Positions 16,856 to 25,738 of a stretch of DNA of 64,000 nt are shown here, one piece after another. Both the position numbers and the translations under genes were made by a program. Under the pieces are notes generated by a model that was not told the origin of the DNA, did not search any database, and was given only the letters and a program-made list of their open reading frames with translations. Positions within the stretch are counted from its first letter, which is position 1. Each line of letters opens with the position of its first letter. This DNA comes from a virus. Taxonomy: Duplodnaviria > Caudoviricetes. The stretch covers positions 64,001 to 128,000 of IMG/VR virus record IMGVR_UViG_3300030419_006251; one strand, given 5' to 3'.

Positions 16856-19800
16856 TTAGTCTAATCCATAATATTCAATGTAAATAAGCAGTGTACCCGA
16901 AGTCGCATCCGTACCACCATTGCTAGTGCCAGCATTGCAAACATACGGATACACATCAGCAGTGGTCATGAACGACGGAGTATCATTAATATAGCTTTCT
17001 TTTGCTGCAGTCAAATCAATGTCAACGGCTGACCCAACATTGGTCGAAGATCTTGTATTAGCTGCGCCGGCGCCAAGAGCCTCTTGTGAGGTGCTTGTTG
17101 CATTATAGTCGGCGGCGCGACCGTCACCGACATCGAAACGAATTTGAACATTATGAGTGCCAAGATTACTAGCTGTTTTAACTATTGCGACAACTCTAGT
17201 TACAACTGAATCTTGTGGAATTTTTTGACCAAATTGGACACTAACAGTGTTGTCGGTAGCGTTTGCATGTCGAACATCAACTTCTTCATATAATACGACT
17301 CGGCCTGGGGCTGCCGGATCACCATGATTAATTACATCTTTAAAGTTAGCATCAGATGTAACGGTGAGATCTCCCGATATAGTTGTGAGAGATTGCGCAC
17401 CATTACCAATAGTTACATCGACTTCATCTTCCTCGGAGCCATCCGAAACGACAATACCATTATTTATCTCTCCGTCGTGCGAGGCGACCCTCAAAATAAG
17501 ACGACCTCCCTCGGAACCATTGGACGCATCTGCGACTTGGCCAACAATCGAAGCGAACTCAATGTTATCCTGTGCATCATCATCGCCATAGAATAAAATT
17601 GATCCGATAATATCGTTGTCTGCGCCGGCGGCGCCCTTGTCTTTAACGAACTGAAGTCTTGCGCCATTTGTGTCATTTGTAGTATTTTTGATGATGACCA
17701 GCGGATCAAGCGAATTAGCAGACTCAAAGGTTACTGTGTCGCCCTGAGTCTTAAGATCTCCCGCCACGGTTGTGAGAGAAGTGGTAGTATTACCCAACCA
17801 CACATCAACTTCATCTTCTGCATCTCCATCCTGAATTGTCAGGCCAGATTGCATTTCGCCATCATGGGTCGCGATCCTAAGTGCAATCTTACCACCTTCA
17901 GCGCCATCGTCTGATTCCGCAATCTCGGCTGTAATTCCAACAAATTGTGTATTATTGTTTCCTTCATCCTCGCCATAGAATGTAATCTGACCAAGTACCT
18001 CGCCATCCTCTGTGTCTGCCGCATCTTTAAGGAATTGCAACTCACTAGAAGATGTCTTGGTTGTGTGAGTCGTTTTTAAGGTGAGAACGGGCTTACCGTC
18101 CGCGGAATCTGCAATTGTCACGGCTGGACCGTCGACGGTCACAGCAGTTGATGCATTTAAATCAATTGTTGGTGATGTAACATCTAACAAGGTGCCGGCG
18201 TTAATATCAAGCGTGCCATCAGCTGATGCAAAAATTTCTTCGCCGCCGCCAACATCATGAAATTTAAGCTTAGTTGTCAATAAAAGAGCTAACTCATCTT
18301 GAGACGCATCATAAAGCACGCCTTCATTAGTAGTGGCGCTGAAGAACCTGACATCAACGCCCGTGTCGTCAACACCAAAAGTAGCATTACCGTTAAATTG
18401 TGTGGCACCCGCAAAGGTGGCTAATTTGTCGGCGTCTAATGTTAACACTAAAGACTCAGTTGTTCCATCGGTAGTGTAAAATTGCAAGTCTGCATCGTTA
18501 TTTGATGCATCCCAAGCATCTCTAGCAATTGCTTGGATTCTTGCTCCTATGGATATAGTGCTGTTAGCATCTTCGGCTCCTGCAAACTCAATCACTCCGA
18601 GTCTATGGTTATCGGCCATAACCGCGCCGTCGTCAGCGGCCAACCTTAAATAGCCGCCCTCTGTTGCGCTGGTGGCTGTAGTGTCTGTTATGGTAACGCC
18701 GGGCGTATCAATTGTAACCGCAGTAGAAGCGTTAACATCAACGGTTGGTGCAGTCATATCAAGAGTTGCCCCTGCATTGACCTCCAGGTGGCCATCAGAA
18801 ATTGCAACAATGTTTTCACCGCCGGCCGCATCATGAAATGAAAGCTTTGAGTCTGCCGCTAATACCAATTCATCGGCCGATTCGTCCCAAAGCAAGAAAT
18901 GGCTGGCGGATGCACCAAAAAGTTTAACATCATAACCAGTGTCATCGACACCGACAGTGAGTGTTCCATCTAGTTGGACATTTCCGTCAATATCAACAGC
19001 ATCAAGGTTAGTTGTGCCGTCAACATCAATATCGCCGGCGAGGTCAATATCGCCCGGTATTGTGACAATAGAGCTTGAGCCGTTTCCGATCGTAACATCC
19101 ACCTCATCTTCAGCAGAGCCATCGGTTATAACAAGACCGTTATTTATCTCTCCATCGTGTGAAGCAACTTGAAGCGCCAACAACCCACCTTCTTGCCCAT
19201 CGGTAGCTACAGATATCTGAGTTGCGATACGACCAAACAAAACCTGATCTTGGTTTGCATCGTCAGCATAGAATTCAATCATTCCTGCAACATCATTATT
19301 TGCGCCGGCGGCGCCCTTGTCTTTAACAAATCTGAGGCGCGCGCCGTTTGCGTCATTTGTGGTATTCTTAATAATAACTACTGGATCGTTGGCATTTGCA
19401 GACGCCATTGTAACAGTGTCTGTATTGAGCTTAATGTCTGTGCCGGCGAATAGTTCCAAAACATTGTCAGCAGAAGCGTGTATATATTCGCCTCCAGACG
19501 CATCATTGAAGGAAAGCTTGGTAGAAGAAGCGAGAAGCAATTCATCTCCAGACATATCCCAATGTACATATTTTCCAGACGACTCGCCAAAGAACTTGAA
19601 ATCAACACCATGGTTATCGGCACCACCAATCAAGATGCCCTCGGTCTCGCCATCTGCATCCCACTGGATACCCACATGTGCGGCTGTGCCGGCCGTATAG
19701 AGGTAAGCGTCTAATCCGCTGCCTGCGGCGGAGCCAATTTTAAGAGCACCGGTTGAAGTAATCGCACCGACTCCTAAAGTTCCCAAGCCGCTCACATTGT

Positions 19801-20209
19801 TACTATCATCAACAGTAATACCAGAACCTTGAGCGGTTTGACCGCCGGTTCCATTGGTCCGCATAAGTCGATTATCGTTGCTGCCTAAGCCAGAAAGACT
19901 ACCTGCAACGCCGGCTAAAGAACCATCAGAAGTGATCTGAACATCTTGGCCCGTATCATCTGTAAAGTAAAGGTTGTTAGGGGCGTCTGATTTAACCCAC
20001 AGCTGGCCGTAAGCGGCGCTATCACTGTCGGCGTTAGCTTGTTCTTTTATTGTGAGTGTACCTTCGACAGTCAACTTAGTCTTAGGACTAGTCGTTCCAA
20101 TGCCAACTTTATCATTGGTAGCGTCAACAGAAACTGTTCCGCTATCGACTTCTAAGTCAGTTACAACACTTGGTGAAGGACTGAATCCTCCGCTATTAAA
20201 TCCGCCCAT
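16856..20209 (-). CDS. 1117-aa fibre-like virion protein with threefold internal repeats
   Basis: KVGIGTTSPKTKLTVEG near the N-terminus. Repeated DP.VIIKNTTND.NGARL.FVKDKGAAGA and DD.GVD..FF...W/YD.S.DEL modules. Confidence 0.72.
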   Translation of the reverse strand: MGGFNSGGFSPSPSVVTDLEVDSGTVSVDATNDKVGIGTTSPKTKLTVEGTLTIKEQANADSDSAAYGQLWVKSDAPNNLYFTDDTGQDVQITSDGSLAGVAGSLSGLGSNDNRLMRTNGTGGQTAQGSGITVDDSNNVSGLGTLGVGAITSTGALKIGSAAGSGLDAYLYTAGTAAHVGIQWDADGETEGILIGGADNHGVDFKFFGESSGKYVHWDMSGDELLLASSTKLSFNDASGGEYIHASADNVLELFAGTDIKLNTDTVTMASANANDPVVIIKNTTNDANGARLRFVKDKGAAGANNDVAGMIEFYADDANQDQVLFGRIATQISVATDGQEGGLLALQVASHDGEINNGLVITDGSAEDEVDVTIGNGSSSIVTIPGDIDLAGDIDVDGTTNLDAVDIDGNVQLDGTLTVGVDDTGYDVKLFGASASHFLLWDESADELVLAADSKLSFHDAAGGENIVAISDGHLEVNAGATLDMTAPTVDVNASTAVTIDTPGVTITDTTATSATEGGYLRLAADDGAVMADNHRLGVIEFAGAEDANSTISIGARIQAIARDAWDASNNDADLQFYTTDGTTESLVLTLDADKLATFAGATQFNGNATFGVDDTGVDVRFFSATTNEGVLYDASQDELALLLTTKLKFHDVGGGEEIFASADGTLDINAGTLLDVTSPTIDLNASTAVTVDGPAVTIADSADGKPVLTLKTTHTTKTSSSELQFLKDAADTEDGEVLGQITFYGEDEGNNNTQFVGITAEIAESDDGAEGGKIALRIATHDGEMQSGLTIQDGDAEDEVDVWLGNTTTSLTTVAGDLKTQGDTVTFESANSLDPLVIIKNTTNDTNGARLQFVKDKGAAGADNDIIGSILFYGDDDAQDNIEFASIVGQVADASNGSEGGRLILRVASHDGEINNGIVVSDGSEEDEVDVTIGNGAQSLTTISGDLTVTSDANFKDVINHGDPAAPGRVVLYEEVDVRHANATDNTVSVQFGQKIPQDSVVTRVVAIVKTASNLGTHNVQIRFDVGDGRAADYNATSTSQEALGAGAANTRSSTNVGSAVDIDLTAAKESYINDTPSFMTTADVYPYVCNAGTSNGGTDATSGTLLIYIEYYGLD

Positions 20210-20221
20210 CTATAATGCTCC

Positions 20222-20650
20222 TTATCTCCAGCCCATATCTTCGTTGATACCCGAACCGCTTAGCTCGTACATCTTATTAGCCGGAATTTGAGTTAATTCG
20301 GCGAACAGCGTATATGTCGCGCCAGCACTGCCGTGATTGGTAATGTAAATTTCAGAACACTTCACATTCATGGTCATAGAATCCTTGTTAGCCGGCAAAG
20401 CAATATAGTGATAATTCTGTAGCGTGGTTGTATCTGTTTTCGCGTCCGCAAAGTGTACCCTTAACTCATTGGCACTAGTGTTGATAATGGTTATAGATTT
20501 TGTAACCATTGGAAACTCAATTTTATCCTGCCATGCGTTTGATGCGCCAGAGGCTTCCATTCCTGCCGAACCGGTGATATAGGGTGTGCCCGCGGCCTGA
20601 TAAGAGCCTACATTGTGTAGTCCAACGCCGTATGATTGCCAATTTGCCAT
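20222..20650 (-). CDS. Hypothetical virion-associated protein
   Basis: Compact ORF with SD AAGGAG and an ACTAATTA motif at 20684-20691. Beta-rich (FPMVTKSITIIN, LRVHF). First gene of the fibre block. Confidence 0.65.
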   Translation of the reverse strand: MANWQSYGVGLHNVGSYQAAGTPYITGSAGMEASGASNAWQDKIEFPMVTKSITIINTSANELRVHFADAKTDTTTLQNYHYIALPANKDSMTMNVKCSEIYITNHGSAGATYTLFAELTQIPANKMYELSGSGINEDMGWR

Positions 20651-20667
20651 TTATATAACTCCTTAAT

Positions 20668-20889
20668 TTACCTTTTGCTTCTATAATTAGTTCTTTTCTT
20701 GCGTTTTAATCTCTCGATTGTTCTTTTTCTTTCATTTTGTTTTCTTCTTTTAGCATTGGATGGCTTTTCGTAATACCTGCGTCTTCTAACCTCTTGCACT
20801 ATGCCTGCTTTCTTAGTTTTTTTTATAAACCTTCTTATCATTTTTTCAGGAGTATCATTTCTCCTCGGTTTTACATTTACATTCGCCAT
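20668..20889 (-). CDS. rpsU: Phage-encoded 30S ribosomal protein bS21
   Basis: 73-aa basic protein with the bS21 pattern V.V....E.MIRRF.KK..KAGI..EVRRR.YYEKPS..KRRK. Confidence 0.92.
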   Translation of the reverse strand: MANVNVKPRRNDTPEKMIRRFIKKTKKAGIVQEVRRRRYYEKPSNAKRRKQNERKRTIERLKRKKRTNYRSKR

Positions 20890-20891
20890 AT

Positions 20892-21350
20892 TTACACCAA
20901 TTTACTCCAATTTTTTGAGGCACCAAAGAAAGCGCCGATGTCTACACCGGAATCTCCAGGGTCTACGCCCGCCAAAGCTCCCGGAGCGCTTGGGCCGGCA
21001 TCCGGAGAGCCGGCTCTTTTAAGGGGCTCTGTTCCTTCAAACAGGTCGACACCATTATAGGCGTCTTTTCCAACAGCGCTGGACATCTGATGTCTAGATT
21101 CCATAATCTTTCTTCTTCTTTCGCGATCTGCCTCGGCAGCGGCTCGAAGTTGTTCTTTTTCTGTAGGCGTATTTCTCGCTTGTGGGGCGCGCGATTCCAC
21201 TATGGGAGTAACGCCAGCAGAATGCACTCCGACCATTACCTCAGTTACGATTCCAGACAAAACACCTTCTTCTAGAATAACCTCTTTTATACACTCTTTA
21301 ATCAGTGGTCTCAATATTTTTTTTAAATCTTGATTATTCATTTTAGTCAC
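20892..21350 (-). CDS. Hypothetical protein (head module)
   Basis: Overlaps the protease stop and abuts bS21. N-terminal LKKILRPLIKECIKE resembles the leader of the MKITK family. Confidence 0.7.
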   Translation of the reverse strand: MTKMNNQDLKKILRPLIKECIKEVILEEGVLSGIVTEVMVGVHSAGVTPIVESRAPQARNTPTEKEQLRAAAEADRERRRKIMESRHQMSSAVGKDAYNGVDLFEGTEPLKRAGSPDAGPSAPGALAGVDPGDSGVDIGAFFGASKNWSKLV

Positions 21351-21957
21351 TCAATATATCATTTAAAATACGATTTATTCTATCTGATTTTGTAAAAACA
21401 TTTGATAAATTTAAATTCTTTGCTTCTTTAATCATATAGGCTTCGTTTGTCGACGGTTCAGATACCATATCAAAACAGATAAGTTGAAAATCATCTTCGA
21501 CAATTGTCTTTCCCTTGCTTTCAGTCACAGAGCCCAAACCTCTAGAAGAAATTCCGAGTTTAACCCCTGCTTTTACCAATTCTTGCAATATCTTACCAGA
21601 TGGAGTATCTAAACATTTAATTTTACCCATAACTGCGTTCGGATTATCTTTGTCCCACCATACCTCAGTAACTAAGTGAGAAGCATTTTTGAGATTTATA
21701 ACTTGTTCGTCTGGATGATCTAATTCGCCCAGTGCACGACTTTCATCAATAAGTTTTTGATAGTTTTTCATTTCCCTTTCTAATATGTGTTTAGGATACA
21801 CTCGGCCATTGCCGTTTTTAGCCTCGGCTTCTTGTAGTTTTCCAGATAATATTACTCCGCCGCCAACGACAAACTCTTTTTCGGACTCAGTTAATAAGTC
21901 CGGGCAAGAGCCTCCATCGCAAAGCTCATAAAATTCTCTTAATAATTTTTTGCTCAT
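21343..21957 (-). CDS. gp21: Prohead core protease (T4 gp21 family)
   Basis: KNGNGRVYP..IL.RE, ALGELDHP, NASH, GISSRGLGSV and DF.LICFD.VSEPST..AY motifs. Confidence 0.95.
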   Translation of the reverse strand: MSKKLLREFYELCDGGSCPDLLTESEKEFVVGGGVILSGKLQEAEAKNGNGRVYPKHILEREMKNYQKLIDESRALGELDHPDEQVINLKNASHLVTEVWWDKDNPNAVMGKIKCLDTPSGKILQELVKAGVKLGISSRGLGSVTESKGKTIVEDDFQLICFDMVSEPSTNEAYMIKEAKNLNLSNVFTKSDRINRILNDILSD

Positions 21958-21987
21958 GTCGTGTACCTCTTAATATTAGTTTAAACT

Positions 21988-22006
21988 ATGCGGGCGCTAC
22001 CCGCAC
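21988..22006 (-). other. GC-rich hairpin between the 22-aa peptide and the prohead protease
   Basis: GUGCGGG-UAGCG-CCCGCAU, a 7-bp stem starting 3 nt after the peptide stop. The U-tract is weak, so it is not clearly a terminator. Confidence 0.5.
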
Positions 22007-22009
22007 GAT

Positions 22010-22078
22010 TTAGGAACCCTTGCAACAGTGCCTAACTGGCTGTAACATCCACTTTGCTGTCCAAATGTTAGTGCTCAT
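22010..22078 (-). CDS. 22-aa peptide MSTNIWTAKWMLQPVRHCCKGS (below ORF-track threshold)
   Basis: ATG with GGAG 8 nt upstream. Overlaps the upstream stop by 11 nt and fills the gap. TAA at 22010-22012. Confidence 0.6.
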   Translation of the reverse strand: MSTNIWTAKWMLQPVRHCCKGS

Positions 22079-22385
22079 TGTCATTACTCCTTGTGTGCTG
22101 TATTTTTAAGCCGCAATCTCCCACAATCATATTGAGTACATACGATGTTCCGGAAGCTAACCACCCTAAAATAAATAAATTGGCAATTGTATACTCAAAT
22201 GTAAATAGTTCTGTGTATTTGTTTATTCCAAACAAAAATGCCCCAACCCAGAAACCCAGGCACATGGGGCAACGAAACAATTCTCCCAACTTTCCGGCGG
22301 CCGGTCTCACGGCATCAAATATAGTGCCATATACTAATATTTGCGTTAAGCCATATGCCGTTAAAACAAACCACAATAAATCCAC
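22068..22385 (-). CDS. Small membrane protein with CPxC motif (DUF1360-like)
   Basis: Three hydrophobic segments around ELFRCPMCLGFWVG, resembling the DUF1360 CPxCxxxW signature. Confidence 0.6.
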   Translation of the reverse strand: MDLLWFVLTAYGLTQILVYGTIFDAVRPAAGKLGELFRCPMCLGFWVGAFLFGINKYTELFTFEYTIANLFILGWLASGTSYVLNMIVGDCGLKIQHTRSNDNEH

Positions 22386-22387
22386 AT

Positions 22388-22957
22388 TTACACCCGATAC
22401 ATATCATAGATCCCATAAGGACCGCGGATCCAGCCCGGGCGGAGAGAGCCTTTCGTTTCTTCATGTGGCACCTCTCCAAGTTCTGTCGAATCTTCTTCGT
22501 CAGGATCCAAAAGTTTTTTCTCTTCTTTTTCGAAATAAGCCTTTTCTGCTTGAAAGTACGGACGCTCATCTTCGATAAATTTTCCAATTTGAAATATTGC
22601 TGCCTGGATTGGACTCAGGCCCTCAAATGCCGATTTATGTATTGTCGCTTCAAAAGAGCCGTACACATTTCCACCTTTAATACTATCAAATTCAATTATA
22701 CCTTTTTTGGCCAAATGTTTAAATAGATGATTTTGCGTATCATAAACCTCATCTGTAATTAAGTCTTTAGGAAGAGCAACAATTTTTAATGGTTCAGGTA
22801 TGACAACTATATCAATATCGTCATGGTCAAAAATCATAACACTTCCGTCTACGCCTTTGCGCAGATTCATACTCATGCTGATCTGTGGTTGGCCTGGAGC
22901 AACTCTTTTTTGTTCGTCGTCTGTTTGCGGATCTGTTATCGTTACATCTATAGACAT
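22388..22957 (-). CDS. Hypothetical protein (head module)
   Basis: Coupled to both neighbours. Acidic C-terminus. No family recognised. Confidence 0.7.
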   Translation of the reverse strand: MSIDVTITDPQTDDEQKRVAPGQPQISMSMNLRKGVDGSVMIFDHDDIDIVVIPEPLKIVALPKDLITDEVYDTQNHLFKHLAKKGIIEFDSIKGGNVYGSFEATIHKSAFEGLSPIQAAIFQIGKFIEDERPYFQAEKAYFEKEEKKLLDPDEEDSTELGEVPHEETKGSLRPGWIRGPYGIYDMYRV

Positions 22958-23802
22958 TAGCTTTTAATCTCATTTATAAGAGTTTGCATCTTCAATATCT
23001 TTTTTAGTGCCCTTTCGTCAATTGGATGCTCTTTAAACTCATTTATCATATTTTCCACTTCTTTAACAGAGTCTTTCATAGATCCTGTAAATAGGTCTTC
23101 ATTTTTTGAAGTACTTTCTTGCAAGGTCTTCTGAATCCTGCTAAGTTCGTCTCCGACAAATATCTTTAAACCCACTCCATTGTCTGCGAATGACATAATA
23201 TAATTGCTCAATAACTTCTTTTGTTCCGACAATAAAGAATTATTATATTTGTTATTAAATTTTTGTGTGAAAGTCTTATACACAAGATTGTCGATTTGTA
23301 CAATTTTTTCTGGGGCTTGTTCTGTTGCTAACTCATTGACCAATCTTTCTATTAATTCTTTTTCTAGTAGAACACGCTTTTTCGTGGTTGTGTCTTGATT
23401 GAAAATTTGTGCAATAGTGGCCAAATTTTTATATCCCGGAACAAAGTTCGAGAACACATTTTTTGAAAGGCGTCTGTTAATTAAACCAATAAGAGCGGTT
23501 TGTTCATTAAAAAGTCTTTTTTGATCAACATTTTTGTTTCGATCGCTTTTGATTTCAAATATTAATTTTTCTGCCGTGTATGGATCTAAGCCCGAGGTTT
23601 CATTTAGCGACTTATAAAACCCAAGATCTTTATTTAGATCTGTGCCGCTTGAAAAACAAACCGACAATAATTCTATAATACTATTTTTGCGTTTATGATT
23701 CTCGCTCAGTATTGCTTTAGTAAGCTCGACCATCAAAGCTTCATATAAAAATGCAGTATTTCTTTTTTTATTGTGTCTCTTCTTCGTCGTTTTTGTCGTC
23801 AT
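22957..23802 (-). CDS. Hypothetical helical protein downstream of portal
   Basis: N-terminal RHNKKRNTAFLYEAL. Overlaps the portal 3' end by 35 nt. Confidence 0.7.
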   Translation of the reverse strand: MTTKTTKKRHNKKRNTAFLYEALMVELTKAILSENHKRKNSIIELLSVCFSSGTDLNKDLGFYKSLNETSGLDPYTAEKLIFEIKSDRNKNVDQKRLFNEQTALIGLINRRLSKNVFSNFVPGYKNLATIAQIFNQDTTTKKRVLLEKELIERLVNELATEQAPEKIVQIDNLVYKTFTQKFNNKYNNSLLSEQKKLLSNYIMSFADNGVGLKIFVGDELSRIQKTLQESTSKNEDLFTGSMKDSVKEVENMINEFKEHPIDERALKKILKMQTLINEIKS

Positions 23803-25735
23803 TATTGCGCTCCATATCTTCGATAAGTAGTTTTAAATCATTGTTGATTTGAAAAAGTTGTCTCTCTTCTCTAATATAATTAGTATTGTCTCCTTCATAA
23901 ATCCCGTTTCCTGCCTTTGTTAAATCGGAAAGGCCTGGATATATATTTCTTCTTGCAGCAGAGGCAACCTCTCTACCATATAGCGAATTTAAATGTTTAT
24001 TCATTCCGCTTCGCTGGTCAACATTTACGGGATAGTATGTGCTGCCATCTGTGTATACCGTTGGCTCATCTCTACTACCCGGCGGTGGTCCTTCAGGGGG
24101 AGGCTCAGCCAACAGAGCGGATTCTTCCTCCGGCGGCATTTCTTCTTCTGGTGGGGGACCCCCTTCTTCGCCTTCCACGGGCGGTCCTCCTGGAGGTACT
24201 AATCCCTCCTCTTCGGCGATATCCATAGCATCAGCTTCCGCCTCCACCGAGCCAGCCTGTACCACTGCTTCAGCCTCAACTTCAAGAGAGGCTTCGAATT
24301 TCTTGTCATAATACATTTCACGCTGATTTCTAAGGAATTCCTCATTGTCCAGATTAAATAAATTTTGTGATATCCATCTTCTACTAAAAAAGCCCTCAGT
24401 GGCGGAGGCCGCAACATCAAACTTTGTTTTCCAGTGCTCTAATTCTTGCAGTTCCGCAATTTTCGATGGGTTGTTCAAAACGATACTAAATGACAACAAA
24501 TCGTCTCCTCGAAAGCCTAAAGTAAAAAGATGTACAATTCCTATTTTTTCAAGCTCCGATACAAGCACTCTTTGTAATCTCTGAATGGTTCTGGCAAACC
24601 TGATATCTTTTTGTGCTAGCGTTGTCTTGTCTTCTCCTCCGCCATCGTCAGCCATGCTGGAGAGATATGAGGGAGGAATCTTAAGTGCAGAAAACAGTTT
24701 ATCTCTGAGATATTTAATATCGTCGATGTCTCCAGTATAAGTGCCTCCTGGTAAATTTTCAATTTTCGAAGATGTTCCTCCGCGTACAGGAATGAAATAA
24801 TCTTCTTCGACGCTCATCGGATTATAGCGTAAATCGACGCGGCCATTATCTGGATCGATTACTTGATTTCGCTTCATTTGCGTCATAACTTTCTGCATGT
24901 ATTGTTCGACATCTTCAGGCGGTATATTTCCGACATCAATATAAAATACTCTTCGCTCTGGGGATCTTACAATGCGATATGCCATGACCGCATCCTCCAA
25001 CATCGTTAGCTGTCTCCAAATTCTTCTTGCAGGCTCTAAAATAGAAGTGCCATAAGGGGCATACTTGTCGTTACCTAGAATACGAAAGTGGCCAATTTGC
25101 CAATTTTCAAAAGTTAATCCTCCCGAGTTCCACTGAAATTGTACATAATTCGGATTTGAATCGTCTTCTCCTTCCAGCCTTTCTACTTCGTTCGGAGGTA
25201 GTCCAATGACCGATTTGATACCATGCTCTTCATCAATATCCATATACAAGAAGAAATCTCCATACTTGCACATCGTGCGACACCAGCCAAACAGATTATG
25301 TTCAACATTCATAACATTGTTATAAAGATTAAATAGAATAATTTTTATCTCCTCGTTGGGACATATGACCTTTAACATTGGGGATAAGGCGCTTGAAGTT
25401 GTCATTTCATCAGCATATATATCCATAGCAGAAGCAATTTCAGGGGTATATTCCATCTGATCAAAATCGGAATATCGATGTTGACGATTTTGGTTCGCCA
25501 TTAAGTCAGCTTCTAACGAAGCAAACGGATTATTATCTGCTTTTTTAAACTGCTTGCCGCTAGCAGATTTAAACTTAAACTTGTCTAGATGTCGCCGACG
25601 GTAACGACGGATGTTCTGTGTCCTATAGTTAACAATGGGCCCAGAAAATAACCTAGTTAATCTTTTAAAAAGTTCTGAGTTTTCATTTCTAGGGTTACTA
25701 ACTCTGCGATTTCTTGCTCTTGTTCTTTTTGCCAT
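23768..25735 (-). CDS. gp20: Portal protein (T4 gp20 family) with acidic Pro-rich C-terminal extension
   Basis: PEIASAMDIYADE, CKYGDFFLY, QLTMLEDAVMAYRI.R.PERRVFYIDVGN.P....EQY, EDYFIPVRGG...IE.LPGG, DI.Y.RDKLF.ALKIP.S.L. Confidence 0.96.
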   Translation of the reverse strand: MAKRTRARNRRVSNPRNENSELFKRLTRLFSGPIVNYRTQNIRRYRRRHLDKFKFKSASGKQFKKADNNPFASLEADLMANQNRQHRYSDFDQMEYTPEIASAMDIYADEMTTSSALSPMLKVICPNEEIKIILFNLYNNVMNVEHNLFGWCRTMCKYGDFFLYMDIDEEHGIKSVIGLPPNEVERLEGEDDSNPNYVQFQWNSGGLTFENWQIGHFRILGNDKYAPYGTSILEPARRIWRQLTMLEDAVMAYRIVRSPERRVFYIDVGNIPPEDVEQYMQKVMTQMKRNQVIDPDNGRVDLRYNPMSVEEDYFIPVRGGTSSKIENLPGGTYTGDIDDIKYLRDKLFSALKIPPSYLSSMADDGGGEDKTTLAQKDIRFARTIQRLQRVLVSELEKIGIVHLFTLGFRGDDLLSFSIVLNNPSKIAELQELEHWKTKFDVAASATEGFFSRRWISQNLFNLDNEEFLRNQREMYYDKKFEASLEVEAEAVVQAGSVEAEADAMDIAEEEGLVPPGGPPVEGEEGGPPPEEEMPPEEESALLAEPPPEGPPPGSRDEPTVYTDGSTYYPVNVDQRSGMNKHLNSLYGREVASAARRNIYPGLSDLTKAGNGIYEGDNTNYIREERQLFQINNDLKLLIEDMERNNDDKNDEEETQ

Positions 25736-25738
25736 TTA

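Noticed and set aside
9919-20209. Diversity-generating retroelement acting on the fibre repeats
   Set aside because: No reverse transcriptase in the window. The repeat copies differ at synonymous positions of all base types, not specifically at adenines as in a TR/VR pair.
21988-22006. Hairpin as an intrinsic terminator
   Set aside because: It is followed by AGUUUAAAC rather than a U-tract, and the protease gene follows closely. Kept only as an unexplained hairpin.
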